Positions 1 to 8,260 of a stretch of 39,757 bases of DNA are shown piece by piece. Origin of the DNA: a virus; IMG/VR virus record IMGVR_UViG_3300028585_000011. One strand, given 5' to 3'. The position numbers and the translations under genes are program-made. Every line of letters begins with the position of its first letter. Within the stretch, counting starts at the first letter, position 1. The notes under the pieces were generated by a model. The model was not told where the DNA came from. It was given only the letters and a program-made list of their open reading frames with translations, and searched no databases.

Positions 1-127
1 AGGACGCCAAGGATTATGCTGCGGCAGGCAGTGGGGGATAAACGATGGCGGGATCTGGCGGAGTCTATCGGGCCGGTAACAATCCGGGCGGCTCGACACG
101 CTTCGCAGGGGCCAGCCCGGATGCGTT
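1..127. repeat. Terminal direct repeat, copy 1 (identical to 39631-39757). It marks circular closure or terminal redundancy of a ~39,630-bp unit.
   Basis: Compared base by base: 1-127 (aggacgccaaggattatgctgcgg...cccggatgcgtt) equals 39631-39757. The repeat spans a gene junction (3' end of CDS 39249-39671 and 5' end of CDS 45-2033), so it is duplicated coding sequence rather than a structural repeat. Confidence 0.95.
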
Positions 128-2033
128 CGGCGCCGGCGTCGGGCAGGCGATTTCCAAGATCGGCGACGTCATCCAGGACAAGCGCGTACAGGATCACGCG
201 CTCGAGACGCGACAGAAGCGCGAGGATCAAGGCGCGCTCGCCGGCGTCGACATGGCGAAGGTCATGGGCGACACTACGACGGACGTGCAGGAAATGCGCG
301 TCGGATCCGCGCCGGGTGCGGCGGGCCATACCGAGGCAGTAGCGGCCCGCGTCGACGAGCGGCTCAACACATTTCTCGGCACGATCACCGACGAGCATGT
401 CCGCAACCAGTACAAGGTACAGGCGGCGCAGTATCGCGCGCGGGTCATCGGCGAGGAAGACGGATGGCAGCGCGGTCAGGCTGTCGAATATCGCGTATCA
501 AACATCGACACGCAGGGCACGGCGCTGGCGAACATTCAGGCCACGCACCCGAGCGCTGACGGACTGGCGGATAGTCTGGGTCAGATCAAGACGGCGATCG
601 CGCTCCAGGAAGTACCGCCCGGCGTGAAGGACAAGCTCGTAAAGGAGCAGTCGCGCAAGGTGGTCATGGCTTGGGGCAACGCGCTCCAGACGTCCAACCA
701 TGAAGGCTTGCTCGCGACGCTCGATAGCGGGGCGCTCAACCAGTATCTCGAGCCCGAAGACATCGACCGGTTGCGATCGGGCGCGATCGTCGAGGGTCGC
801 CGCGCGGCCGCGGCGCAAAAGGCTGTCATCGCCGAAACGAAGGCGACGCTTCTCGAAGACGTGCGCATGACAAATGCCCGGCTGGGCGCAGGCGACTATA
901 TCCCAGACGACGAGCTCGAGGAAAAACAGAAAGCATACGCCGGCGCCGGGCTCGAGGTCGAAAGCTTTAACATCGGCGTCGCGCGATCGCGCAATCTGGT
1001 CAACCGCGAAACCCGCGACTGGACGCCGCAGCAGTTCGGCGCCGAGATCAATACGCTGCGCGCCAAGGGCGACAACCGTACGCAGGCGGAAAACGTCCGC
1101 ATGCAGCAACTCGAGCAGATCCAGGGGCCGCGGATCTCCGAATTCAACAGGGATCCGCAGGGGCACGCGGCGCGCGTCGGCAACCCGGCGCCGGCGCTGG
1201 ATCTGGCCGCGCCGACAGCGCAGAGCCTTTCCGCACGCGTGTCATGGGCGCAGGGCTATGCCAAGGCGAACGGGCTCGTAAACGCTCCATATCTGTCCGA
1301 TCTGGAAATGAAGCTGCTGCGCGATCGCGCCGAGCAGGGGCCGGCGGGTCGGCTCGAGGTCGCGCAGCAGCTCCGCGGCATGTTCGGTGCGAGCATCGGG
1401 GGCAAGATCGCGGGGCAGATGGCGCCGAACGATCGCGCGATGTTGCTGGCGGTCGGCCTGCCAACGACGACGGCAAACACCTATACGCGCGGGCTCGATG
1501 CGTTGAAGCGCAACGGCGCGTTGAAAGACGACGGACAGGAACAAGAGATATTCCGCGAGGTCGCGCCGGCAATCCCGCAGGCATTGCGCACGCCGGTATT
1601 CGAGGCAGCGCGCGCGATCGCAGCCGGGCTCGTCGACACCGCCAGCGGCGACAAGTTCAACGAGGACACCTACCGAAACGCGCTGCATCTGGCGATGGGC
1701 GCGACCAGTCAGGGCGGTGGGCTCGCCGGCGGGATCGGCTATTGGCGCCACGCGCCGGTCTGGCTTCCTCCCGGCGTCAGTCAAGGCGAGCTCGAGCGCC
1801 GCGTGTCGCGCGCGTCGCCACAATCGATGGTTGACGCCGCGGGCGGCATTGCGCCGCACTATTGGGATCAGGCGAAAGGCAAGGCGGGCCGGGCGTTGAC
1901 GGCAACCGAGATCCGATCGATGCAGTTCGAGACGGTCCGCCCCGGCGTGTTCCGCGTCAAGGGGCCGATCGGCGGGGTTCTGACCGATGCCAAGGGTCGG
2001 CCGTGGGAGATGGACGTGAGTAAGCTCAAGTGA
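45..2033 (+). CDS. Internal virion / DNA-ejection protein (gp15-like slot), 662 aa
   Basis: Long ORF whose ATG lies 4 nt after the stop of the preceding gene in the circular unit. It has a Gly/Ala-rich N-terminus and a long helical Q/R/E-rich body. It sits downstream of the tail tubular genes, where T7-like phages encode core proteins. Confidence 0.6.
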   Translation: MAGSGGVYRAGNNPGGSTRFAGASPDAFGAGVGQAISKIGDVIQDKRVQDHALETRQKREDQGALAGVDMAKVMGDTTTDVQEMRVGSAPGAAGHTEAVAARVDERLNTFLGTITDEHVRNQYKVQAAQYRARVIGEEDGWQRGQAVEYRVSNIDTQGTALANIQATHPSADGLADSLGQIKTAIALQEVPPGVKDKLVKEQSRKVVMAWGNALQTSNHEGLLATLDSGALNQYLEPEDIDRLRSGAIVEGRRAAAAQKAVIAETKATLLEDVRMTNARLGAGDYIPDDELEEKQKAYAGAGLEVESFNIGVARSRNLVNRETRDWTPQQFGAEINTLRAKGDNRTQAENVRMQQLEQIQGPRISEFNRDPQGHAARVGNPAPALDLAAPTAQSLSARVSWAQGYAKANGLVNAPYLSDLEMKLLRDRAEQGPAGRLEVAQQLRGMFGASIGGKIAGQMAPNDRAMLLAVGLPTTTANTYTRGLDALKRNGALKDDGQEQEIFREVAPAIPQALRTPVFEAARAIAAGLVDTASGDKFNEDTYRNALHLAMGATSQGGGLAGGIGYWRHAPVWLPPGVSQGELERRVSRASPQSMVDAAGGIAPHYWDQAKGKAGRALTATEIRSMQFETVRPGVFRVKGPIGGVLTDAKGRPWEMDVSKLK

Positions 2034-5000
2034 CGGACCAGCGCCAAGGGCTCCAGCGTGGCGGCACGATCGCCGACGTCGTCGAGGGATTGCCGCAAGC
2101 ACAAGCGGCGATGCCTGCCGCAGAGCCGACAAGCGCCGGCGATGTGTTTTCCGCGTCGCGGATCCTCGCGCGCAGCGATCGCAGCGATGCCGAGGAATTG
2201 CGGCTGAACCGCGGATACAGCCCGATCGTCGAAGCGCTCGGCATGGACGCGGTCGACAACCCTGCCAATTTTTACAACTCGCAGGGCCTATACAATATCA
2301 GCCGCGGCAAGTTCGAATTCTGGAGCGACACGACGCGCGACCAGCAAGAACAAAATATTGCCAACCGCATTCGCGAGCGGCGCAAGAAGGATCCGGGGTT
2401 TCTGCCCGGTGTCCCCGACAACGTCACGAACCTGCGACAGTATTTTCTCCAGGGTGAAAAGTCGCGACGCGACGATGCGCGCAGCACGGTATCGCGTGCG
2501 ACGGGGATCGGCGCGACGGTTGCGGGGTTCGCCGGCGGTGTCGCCGAAAGTATGCTGGATCCGGTCAACATTGCGACGCTGCCGCTTGGTGGTGGTGGCA
2601 AGACGATCCTTGGCATTGCGGCGCGTGAAGCGCTGTTCAACGGCGCGATCGAAGTGCTCCAGGCGCCAACCGTTGCGGCCAATCGCAAGGCGCTGGGCGA
2701 GGACTATACGACGGAAGATTTCCTAACCAGCGTTGGCTATGCGGCCGCAGGCGGCGCCGTGCTGGGGACCGGCGCGCACGTCGGGGGCAAGGCGCTGGGC
2801 CGCGGCTATGACGCGACGGTCGCGCAAGTGTTCCAGGCGATGCCGGAAGGGGTGCAGCGTCGCTGGGCCGATCGCATGAAGGTCGGCGATCAGCCGGTTA
2901 GCGAGTTCTTCGCCGGGCTATCCGATCGCGATGCAATCCGGTTCTCGCGCGACGTCATCGGCCGCGACAGCATGGCGCCGGATGAACGGGCGGCAAGCGT
3001 CGTGCTCAATCGCGCGGCCGATGTCAGCGAGGCGTCCCCGTTCCACGGTTCACCAACGGGTGACGAGGCGCATACGTCTCGCCTTGCCGAAACCCTCAAT
3101 GCCCTGCTCGAGCGGCGCCCGCCGCCCCCCGAACCGACGATTGCGCCTGGCGCTACGACGTCGCGCCTTGTGTCGCCGGCGATCGCCAACGGATCCGGCG
3201 CCGCGCCGCGGCCGATCGCGTACGGCGTCAGCGGCGAAGGCGCGATCGACAGCTACATGGTGAAAACGCGCGGCGCTGAAAGCAGCGGCGACGACATGGC
3301 GACGGCCGGCACGTCGAGCGCGGGTGGCCGCTACCAGTTCACGGACGGCACATGGGTATCCTACTATCGCCGGCGGTTCGGCGCCAACGTCTCGAGGCAG
3401 GAGGCGCTTGCGCGCAAGTTCGATGGCGGCGTGCAAGAAACGCTTATGCGGGATCTGACCGCAGACAACGCAGCGCAGCTCCAAGGATCCGGTCTGCCGG
3501 TCAATGAGGGCACGCTGTACCTGTCGCACTTCCTCGGGCCTCGCGATGCCAAGCGCGTGCTCCAGGCGGATCCTGCGCGGCCCCTCGAGGGGCTGATCAG
3601 CCAAGACAGCATCAACGCCAATGCGAGCATATTGCGCGGCAAATCGGCAAGCGAGGTTGTGCAATGGGCGCAACGCAAGATGGGCGGCGACGCGGCCGCG
3701 GTGCAGCTCCGCGCCGGGCAATCGCTGGGTGGCGACGTCGAGGGCGGTGACTTCAAGATCGCGCAGCTCCGCGCGGAAGCGCTGGCGCTCCAGACGCAGG
3801 CGATCGGCGAGGTATCGCTTACCGCCGGCGGATCCGTGCCGACGATGTCGACCAAGGCTTTCCGGCCCGACGATCTGATCGTCGACGCAGCGCGGTTCCA
3901 GTTCAAATCCGGGGGCGATGACTTCGGCGTTTCGGATCGGCTCCAGGGCATCACCGAATGGAACCCGATCTACGCGGGGCGCGTCGTCGTTTGGGAGGAC
4001 GCCGCGGGGCGCAGCTTCATTGCGGATGGACACCAGCGCCGCGGGCTTGCCAAGCGGATCGAGACGAACGGGGGCGGCGACGTTCAGCTCGACGCGACCG
4101 TACTGCGCGAGGCGGACGGCGTATCGGCGCAAGATGCGCGCGTATGGGCCGCGCTCAAGAACATCGCGGAAGGCACGGGCACCGCGATCGATGCGGCAAA
4201 GGTGGTGCGCGATGCCGGTATCGACGTCCTTCGAGATCTCCCGCCGAAATCGCCGCTGGTGCGTGACGGCGCTGCCCTCGCCCGCCTGTCCGATGACGCG
4301 TTCGGCGCGGTCTATAACGGCGTCGTCCCTGCCGATCAGGCGGCGATAATCGGGCACCTTCTCCCCGATCGGCCGGAAGCGCACGGCGCCATGATCGACC
4401 TTCTTGCCCGGCTGGATCCTGCCAACCGCGGGCAGGCTGAAAGCATCGTGCGGCAAGGCATCGCCGCGGGGTTCCACAAAGAGGTTCAGGAAGAATTGTT
4501 CGGCGCCCGCGAAATGACGTCGAGCCTGTTCATGGAACGCGCGCGCGTGCTCGAGCGCGGGCTTGCTCGCCTTCGCAAGTTGAAGCTGGTATATGGCACC
4601 GCTGCCAAGGAAGCCGATACGCTCGAGCGTGCGGGATCCGCGATCGCACGGGACCAATCCGCCAAGGAAGCCGCGAACAATGCTCAAGCCCTCGAGATCG
4701 TCAGCCGGCTCGCGTTCAGCGCCGGCACCCCTGTCGCAGACGCCCTCAACGCCGCAGCCGCAAAGCTCGCAGCCGGCGGGCGGATTGCCGACGTCGTCGG
4801 GGAGTTCGTCGACAGCGTCCGAGCCGTCGACCTACGCGATGCCGCCAGAGGCAAAGGAGCGGACGATAGCGGCCGTCTCGCGCCTGATGGAGCTGGACGC
4901 GGGGGCGATGCTGGAGCGGAGGACGTCGGTATTCCGGCGGAACCAAGCGATACGAGACAGCCAAGCCTAGCCGAGCTCGAGGACGCGGGACAGGTTTCGA

Positions 5001-5350
5001 TGTTCGACGTCGCACAGGTCAAGCGGTTCGATGATCCGATCCACGGCGATGGACCGACGCGCCAGATCGAAAGCCTCGAGCATGATGTGCGCATGGATCT
5101 CGCGCCGGCCCGCGACCCTAACGTTGCGTCGAAGGCGGCGCTCGCAGCCGGGCTCCAGGCGAAAGCGCCGTTGCGGCCGGTCGGCGTCGACACAGAAGGG
5201 ACAATCGGCATGGGGTTATTCGACGCCGTTGATCAGCCGACGTTCCGCCTCGATACCGATGGCGGTGAGCGCGACGCGGCGGATCTGCTGCGCGAGCTCG
5301 ACGAGGACGACGCCGCGATCGCGACGTTGCAAGCGTGCATGGTTCCATGA
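2030..5350 (+). CDS. Polyvalent internal virion/ejection protein with lytic-transglycosylase-like and ParB-like domains, 1106 aa
   Basis: GTG start overlaps the upstream stop (GTGA). Motif GAESSGDDMATAGTSSAGGRYQFTDGTW (Glu-Ser plus G.YQF, SLT type) is encoded at ~3270-3350. Motif VVVWEDAAGRSFIADGHQRRGLAKRI (ParB/Srx-type DGHQR) is encoded at ~3980-4060. Gly-rich hydrophobic stretches lie in the N-terminal third. Confidence 0.7.
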   Translation: MTDQRQGLQRGGTIADVVEGLPQAQAAMPAAEPTSAGDVFSASRILARSDRSDAEELRLNRGYSPIVEALGMDAVDNPANFYNSQGLYNISRGKFEFWSDTTRDQQEQNIANRIRERRKKDPGFLPGVPDNVTNLRQYFLQGEKSRRDDARSTVSRATGIGATVAGFAGGVAESMLDPVNIATLPLGGGGKTILGIAAREALFNGAIEVLQAPTVAANRKALGEDYTTEDFLTSVGYAAAGGAVLGTGAHVGGKALGRGYDATVAQVFQAMPEGVQRRWADRMKVGDQPVSEFFAGLSDRDAIRFSRDVIGRDSMAPDERAASVVLNRAADVSEASPFHGSPTGDEAHTSRLAETLNALLERRPPPPEPTIAPGATTSRLVSPAIANGSGAAPRPIAYGVSGEGAIDSYMVKTRGAESSGDDMATAGTSSAGGRYQFTDGTWVSYYRRRFGANVSRQEALARKFDGGVQETLMRDLTADNAAQLQGSGLPVNEGTLYLSHFLGPRDAKRVLQADPARPLEGLISQDSINANASILRGKSASEVVQWAQRKMGGDAAAVQLRAGQSLGGDVEGGDFKIAQLRAEALALQTQAIGEVSLTAGGSVPTMSTKAFRPDDLIVDAARFQFKSGGDDFGVSDRLQGITEWNPIYAGRVVVWEDAAGRSFIADGHQRRGLAKRIETNGGGDVQLDATVLREADGVSAQDARVWAALKNIAEGTGTAIDAAKVVRDAGIDVLRDLPPKSPLVRDGAALARLSDDAFGAVYNGVVPADQAAIIGHLLPDRPEAHGAMIDLLARLDPANRGQAESIVRQGIAAGFHKEVQEELFGAREMTSSLFMERARVLERGLARLRKLKLVYGTAAKEADTLERAGSAIARDQSAKEAANNAQALEIVSRLAFSAGTPVADALNAAAAKLAAGGRIADVVGEFVDSVRAVDLRDAARGKGADDSGRLAPDGAGRGGDAGAEDVGIPAEPSDTRQPSLAELEDAGQVSMFDVAQVKRFDDPIHGDGPTRQIESLEHDVRMDLAPARDPNVASKAALAAGLQAKAPLRPVGVDTEGTIGMGLFDAVDQPTFRLDTDGGERDAADLLRELDEDDAAIATLQACMVP

Positions 5351-5556
5351 CACACGAAACCAACGTCGACTTCCGGGGCGAAAAACGCGCGGTTGAGTTC
5401 GAGCATGAAGGCGACGACGTTATCGTTTGGTCATTCGTCGGCGAGAATGTTTGCGGTGGCATCGATACGACGCAGGCCGAACAAGATGCCGTATATGAGC
5501 AGCTTTGGGCGTACCTCGAAGACTGGTGGGCGAGCATAGAATGGAACAACGGATGA
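5347..5556 (+). CDS. Hypothetical small acidic, Trp-rich protein, 69 aa
   Basis: ATG overlaps the stop of the 1106-aa gene (ATGA at 5347-5350), and its own stop overlaps the next start (ATGA at 5553-5556). No recognisable motif. Confidence 0.5.
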   Translation: MTHETNVDFRGEKRAVEFEHEGDDVIVWSFVGENVCGGIDTTQAEQDAVYEQLWAYLEDWWASIEWNNG

Positions 5557-5795
5557 GCGGGATTAGAGATCTGCGGCTTGTGCAAGGTGGCGGCGACGTC
5601 GTTACGCAACTCGAGCAATTGCTTGCACGAGCTCGCGCGGGCGAGATCGATGGTGTCGTTACGTGCGTTGCCTACTCCGACAACAAAACCGGATGGGCGT
5701 GGTCGCATCGCGACGATATGCCTGCCGCGTGTGCGCGCCTTCATCTGGCGGTAAGCTTTGCCTTGCATGATCTCAATACGAGCGGCCTTGTATGA
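5553..5795 (+). CDS. Hypothetical protein, 80 aa
   Basis: ATGA overlaps at both ends (5553 and 5792) link it translationally to its neighbours. No recognisable motif. Confidence 0.5.
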   Translation: MSGIRDLRLVQGGGDVVTQLEQLLARARAGEIDGVVTCVAYSDNKTGWAWSHRDDMPAACARLHLAVSFALHDLNTSGLV

Positions 5796-8260
5796 GCCTC
5801 GGCGCCTGCATTCCCGGCCTAGTCGCAGAGGGCAAACTTCCCGAACGCAGCGCGCGCGAGGCGCAAGCATTGTTCGACGAGCTCGAGCCGGTCTTTCGCC
5901 GTCAGTTCGGCGATCAGGCTGCGGCCGCGATGGCGAGCGACGCGACGATCGCGCAGCTCCGCGCCACGGCCGCGCTCAAGCGCCGACAGGGTTTGCTCCA
6001 GGTGCAGGCGCAAAAGGGCTTGTACAAGCGCATGCGCGAGTATGATGGCGGCGACCCAATGGGAACCGGCCCGATCGACCCGAAGGCAGCGGCCGCGATC
6101 CTCGACGTCGACGGCAAGGGCGGCGGTCGCGGCGTCGAGGCGCGGCGCAAAGTTATACTCGGTCGCGCGCATGGGTATATGGACAAGCTCCTTGCCGATC
6201 ATCACCGCAACATCGTCGGCAACGTGCGCAACAAAGCGGAGCTCGACGACGTCACGCGCGAGCTGTTCCAGCCGGGCAGCACGCAGAACGAAAACGCACG
6301 CCAGCTTGCGGACGCATGGACGCAAGCGGCCGAATACCTACGCCAGCGCTTCAACGCGGCGGGCGGGAACATTGGCAAGCTCGAGCGCTGGGGCCTACCG
6401 CAGAGCCACGACAGCCTTGCCGTACACGCGGCGGGCGAGCGTGCGTGGAAAGAGTTTACCGCGCCGCTGCTCGACCGCGACAGGATGATCGACAATCGGA
6501 CCGGCCTACCGTTCTCCGATCAGTCGCTGGATCTCGCGTTGTCCGATGTCTATCGCACGATCAGCTCGGACGGCTGGGCCAAGGCAACGCCGGGCGGGCA
6601 GTCGGGCAGCGGGAAACTGGCAAACAGCCATACCGAACATCGCTTCTTGCACTTCACGGATGCAGATAGCTGGAACGCGTACGCCGATGCGTTCGGATCC
6701 GGCACGTCGTTTGATGCGATGATGGGGCACATGTCGGCTATGAGCCGCGACATAGCTGCAATGGAAGTGCTCGGACCAAACCCGGATGCAAGCGTGCAAT
6801 GGGTCCAGGACATGCTGAACAAGTCGGCATCGAACAGCGGCGCAAAGGAGCGTAACGCGGCCTCCGCTGGGGCCGATGTCGTCAAGCTTCTATATGATCA
6901 GTATAACGGCAACCTCGGGCGCCCGGAGAACCGCAGGATCGCGCTGGGGTTCGGCGCCGTGCGCGCGTTCCAGACGTCGGCAAAGCTGGGCTCGGCAATT
7001 CTGTCGGCGCTTCCTACCGATCCGCAGTTCGGCGCGATCGCGCGGCGCTTCAATGGTCTGCCGGTCATGCCGATGCTGACCAACTACATCAAGGGAATGG
7101 CGGCGCCGGAGTTCCGGCAACAGGCAGTGCGTGCCGGGTTGATTGCGGAAAGCTGGGCGACGATGGCCGCGGGGCAACATCGGTTTCTTGGCGAGGAATT
7201 GACGGGCGAAGTTGCGCGCCGGATGGCGACGGGCGTGCTGCGCGCATCGGGCCTCGAGCGGTTCACGCAGGCGGGACGCTGGGCGTTCGGTATGGAATTC
7301 CTCGGGCACGTTACCGATCAGGTAGGCAAGGGTTTCGGCGATCTGGATCCAGCGCTGGCGCGATCGATGCAGCGGTACGGGATCGGAAGCGACGGCTGGG
7401 ACAGGATCCGCGCGACGGCGCTGGAAAGCGACAACGGCGCCGACTGGCTGTATCCCAAGAATATCGAGGATCGCGAGCTCGGCGATCGCCTGCTCGAAAT
7501 GGTGCAAAGCGAGACAGACTTCGCGGTTCCCGTTGCCGATCTGCGAACGCAAGCGCGCATCAATCAGGCGGCAAAGCGGGGGACCTGGATGGGCGAAGTC
7601 GTCCGATCGGCCGCGCTGTTCAAGACGTTCGGGATCTCGCTGATGCTGACGCAGGGGCGCCGCATGCTGGAAAGCGGGCAGCTCGGCGGTGCGGCCGCGC
7701 TGGGCGCCACGTACGCCTTTCGCTATGCGGCCGGGTTCTTCATCCTGACGACGATCGGCGGGGCGGCTGCGCTCCAGCTCAAGGCGATCGCCAAGGGGCA
7801 GGATCCGCGCGACATGACAACCAAGGAATTCTGGGGCGCCTCGGTTCTCCAGGGTGGCGGCTTCGGGATCTTCGGCGATTTCCTGTCATCGACGGAAAAC
7901 CGGTTCGGCGGTGGCTTTGCGGAAACGCTCGCGGGGCCGATGGCGTCGACGGTCAACTCTGTTGGATCGCTGACCTACGGCAATGCGGTGCGTGCGGCGA
8001 AGGGCAAGAAAACGACGGTCGGGAAAGACGTCGTCGCGCTGATGCGATCGGAAACGCCGGGCGGTTCGCTGTGGTTCAGCCGGCTTGCATTTGAGCGCGA
8101 GGTGCTTGATCAGCTTCAATCTGTTGCGGATCCTGATTATCGCAGCGCGTGGCGTCGAATGGACAAGCGCGCAGCAGAAGCGGGGACGGACTTCTATTGG
8201 GAGCCGGGCGAGCGGCTACCCGATCGCGCGCCGGATCTCGCCAATGTTGGGGGTCAGTAA
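5792..8260 (+). CDS. Internal virion / DNA-ejection protein, 822 aa
   Basis: Long ORF with an ATGA-coupled start. The C-terminal third carries hydrophobic Gly-rich segments (YAFRYAAGFFILTTIGGAAALQL, VLQGGGFGIFGDFL) typical of membrane-inserting ejection proteins. It lies immediately upstream of the tail fibre. Confidence 0.6.
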   Translation: MSLGACIPGLVAEGKLPERSAREAQALFDELEPVFRRQFGDQAAAAMASDATIAQLRATAALKRRQGLLQVQAQKGLYKRMREYDGGDPMGTGPIDPKAAAAILDVDGKGGGRGVEARRKVILGRAHGYMDKLLADHHRNIVGNVRNKAELDDVTRELFQPGSTQNENARQLADAWTQAAEYLRQRFNAAGGNIGKLERWGLPQSHDSLAVHAAGERAWKEFTAPLLDRDRMIDNRTGLPFSDQSLDLALSDVYRTISSDGWAKATPGGQSGSGKLANSHTEHRFLHFTDADSWNAYADAFGSGTSFDAMMGHMSAMSRDIAAMEVLGPNPDASVQWVQDMLNKSASNSGAKERNAASAGADVVKLLYDQYNGNLGRPENRRIALGFGAVRAFQTSAKLGSAILSALPTDPQFGAIARRFNGLPVMPMLTNYIKGMAAPEFRQQAVRAGLIAESWATMAAGQHRFLGEELTGEVARRMATGVLRASGLERFTQAGRWAFGMEFLGHVTDQVGKGFGDLDPALARSMQRYGIGSDGWDRIRATALESDNGADWLYPKNIEDRELGDRLLEMVQSETDFAVPVADLRTQARINQAAKRGTWMGEVVRSAALFKTFGISLMLTQGRRMLESGQLGGAAALGATYAFRYAAGFFILTTIGGAAALQLKAIAKGQDPRDMTTKEFWGASVLQGGGFGIFGDFLSSTENRFGGGFAETLAGPMASTVNSVGSLTYGNAVRAAKGKKTTVGKDVVALMRSETPGGSLWFSRLAFEREVLDQLQSVADPDYRSAWRRMDKRAAEAGTDFYWEPGERLPDRAPDLANVGGQ

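Noticed and set aside
1-41. Partial CDS at the left edge (…EDAKDYAAAGSGG stop), considered as a truncated gene or pseudogene.
   Set aside because: It is an exact duplicate of 39631-39671, the 3' end of the 140-aa core protein gene, created by the terminal overlap.
3050-4687. 545-aa minus-strand ORF antisense to the 1106-aa ejection protein gene. Similar long antisense ORFs are at 498-1166, 1242-2132, 29086-30195, 34367-35269 and 36629-38074.
   Set aside because: These ORFs are Arg/Ala/Pro-rich and low-complexity, and have no RBS. They lie wholly within well-supported sense genes. Long open antisense frames are an expected artefact of high GC content.
8149-8259. N-terminal extensions suggested by the ORF track (8149 for the fibre, 17957 for the Asp-box protein, 36356 for the nozzle, 21089 for the 182-aa gene, 24906 for terS, 26190, 13777, 23571, 23990, 24346).
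   Set aside because: Each extension overlaps the preceding gene in another frame and is Arg/Gly-rich. In each case an internal ATG lies exactly at a stop-start overlap (ATGA/TAATG) or behind a good RBS.
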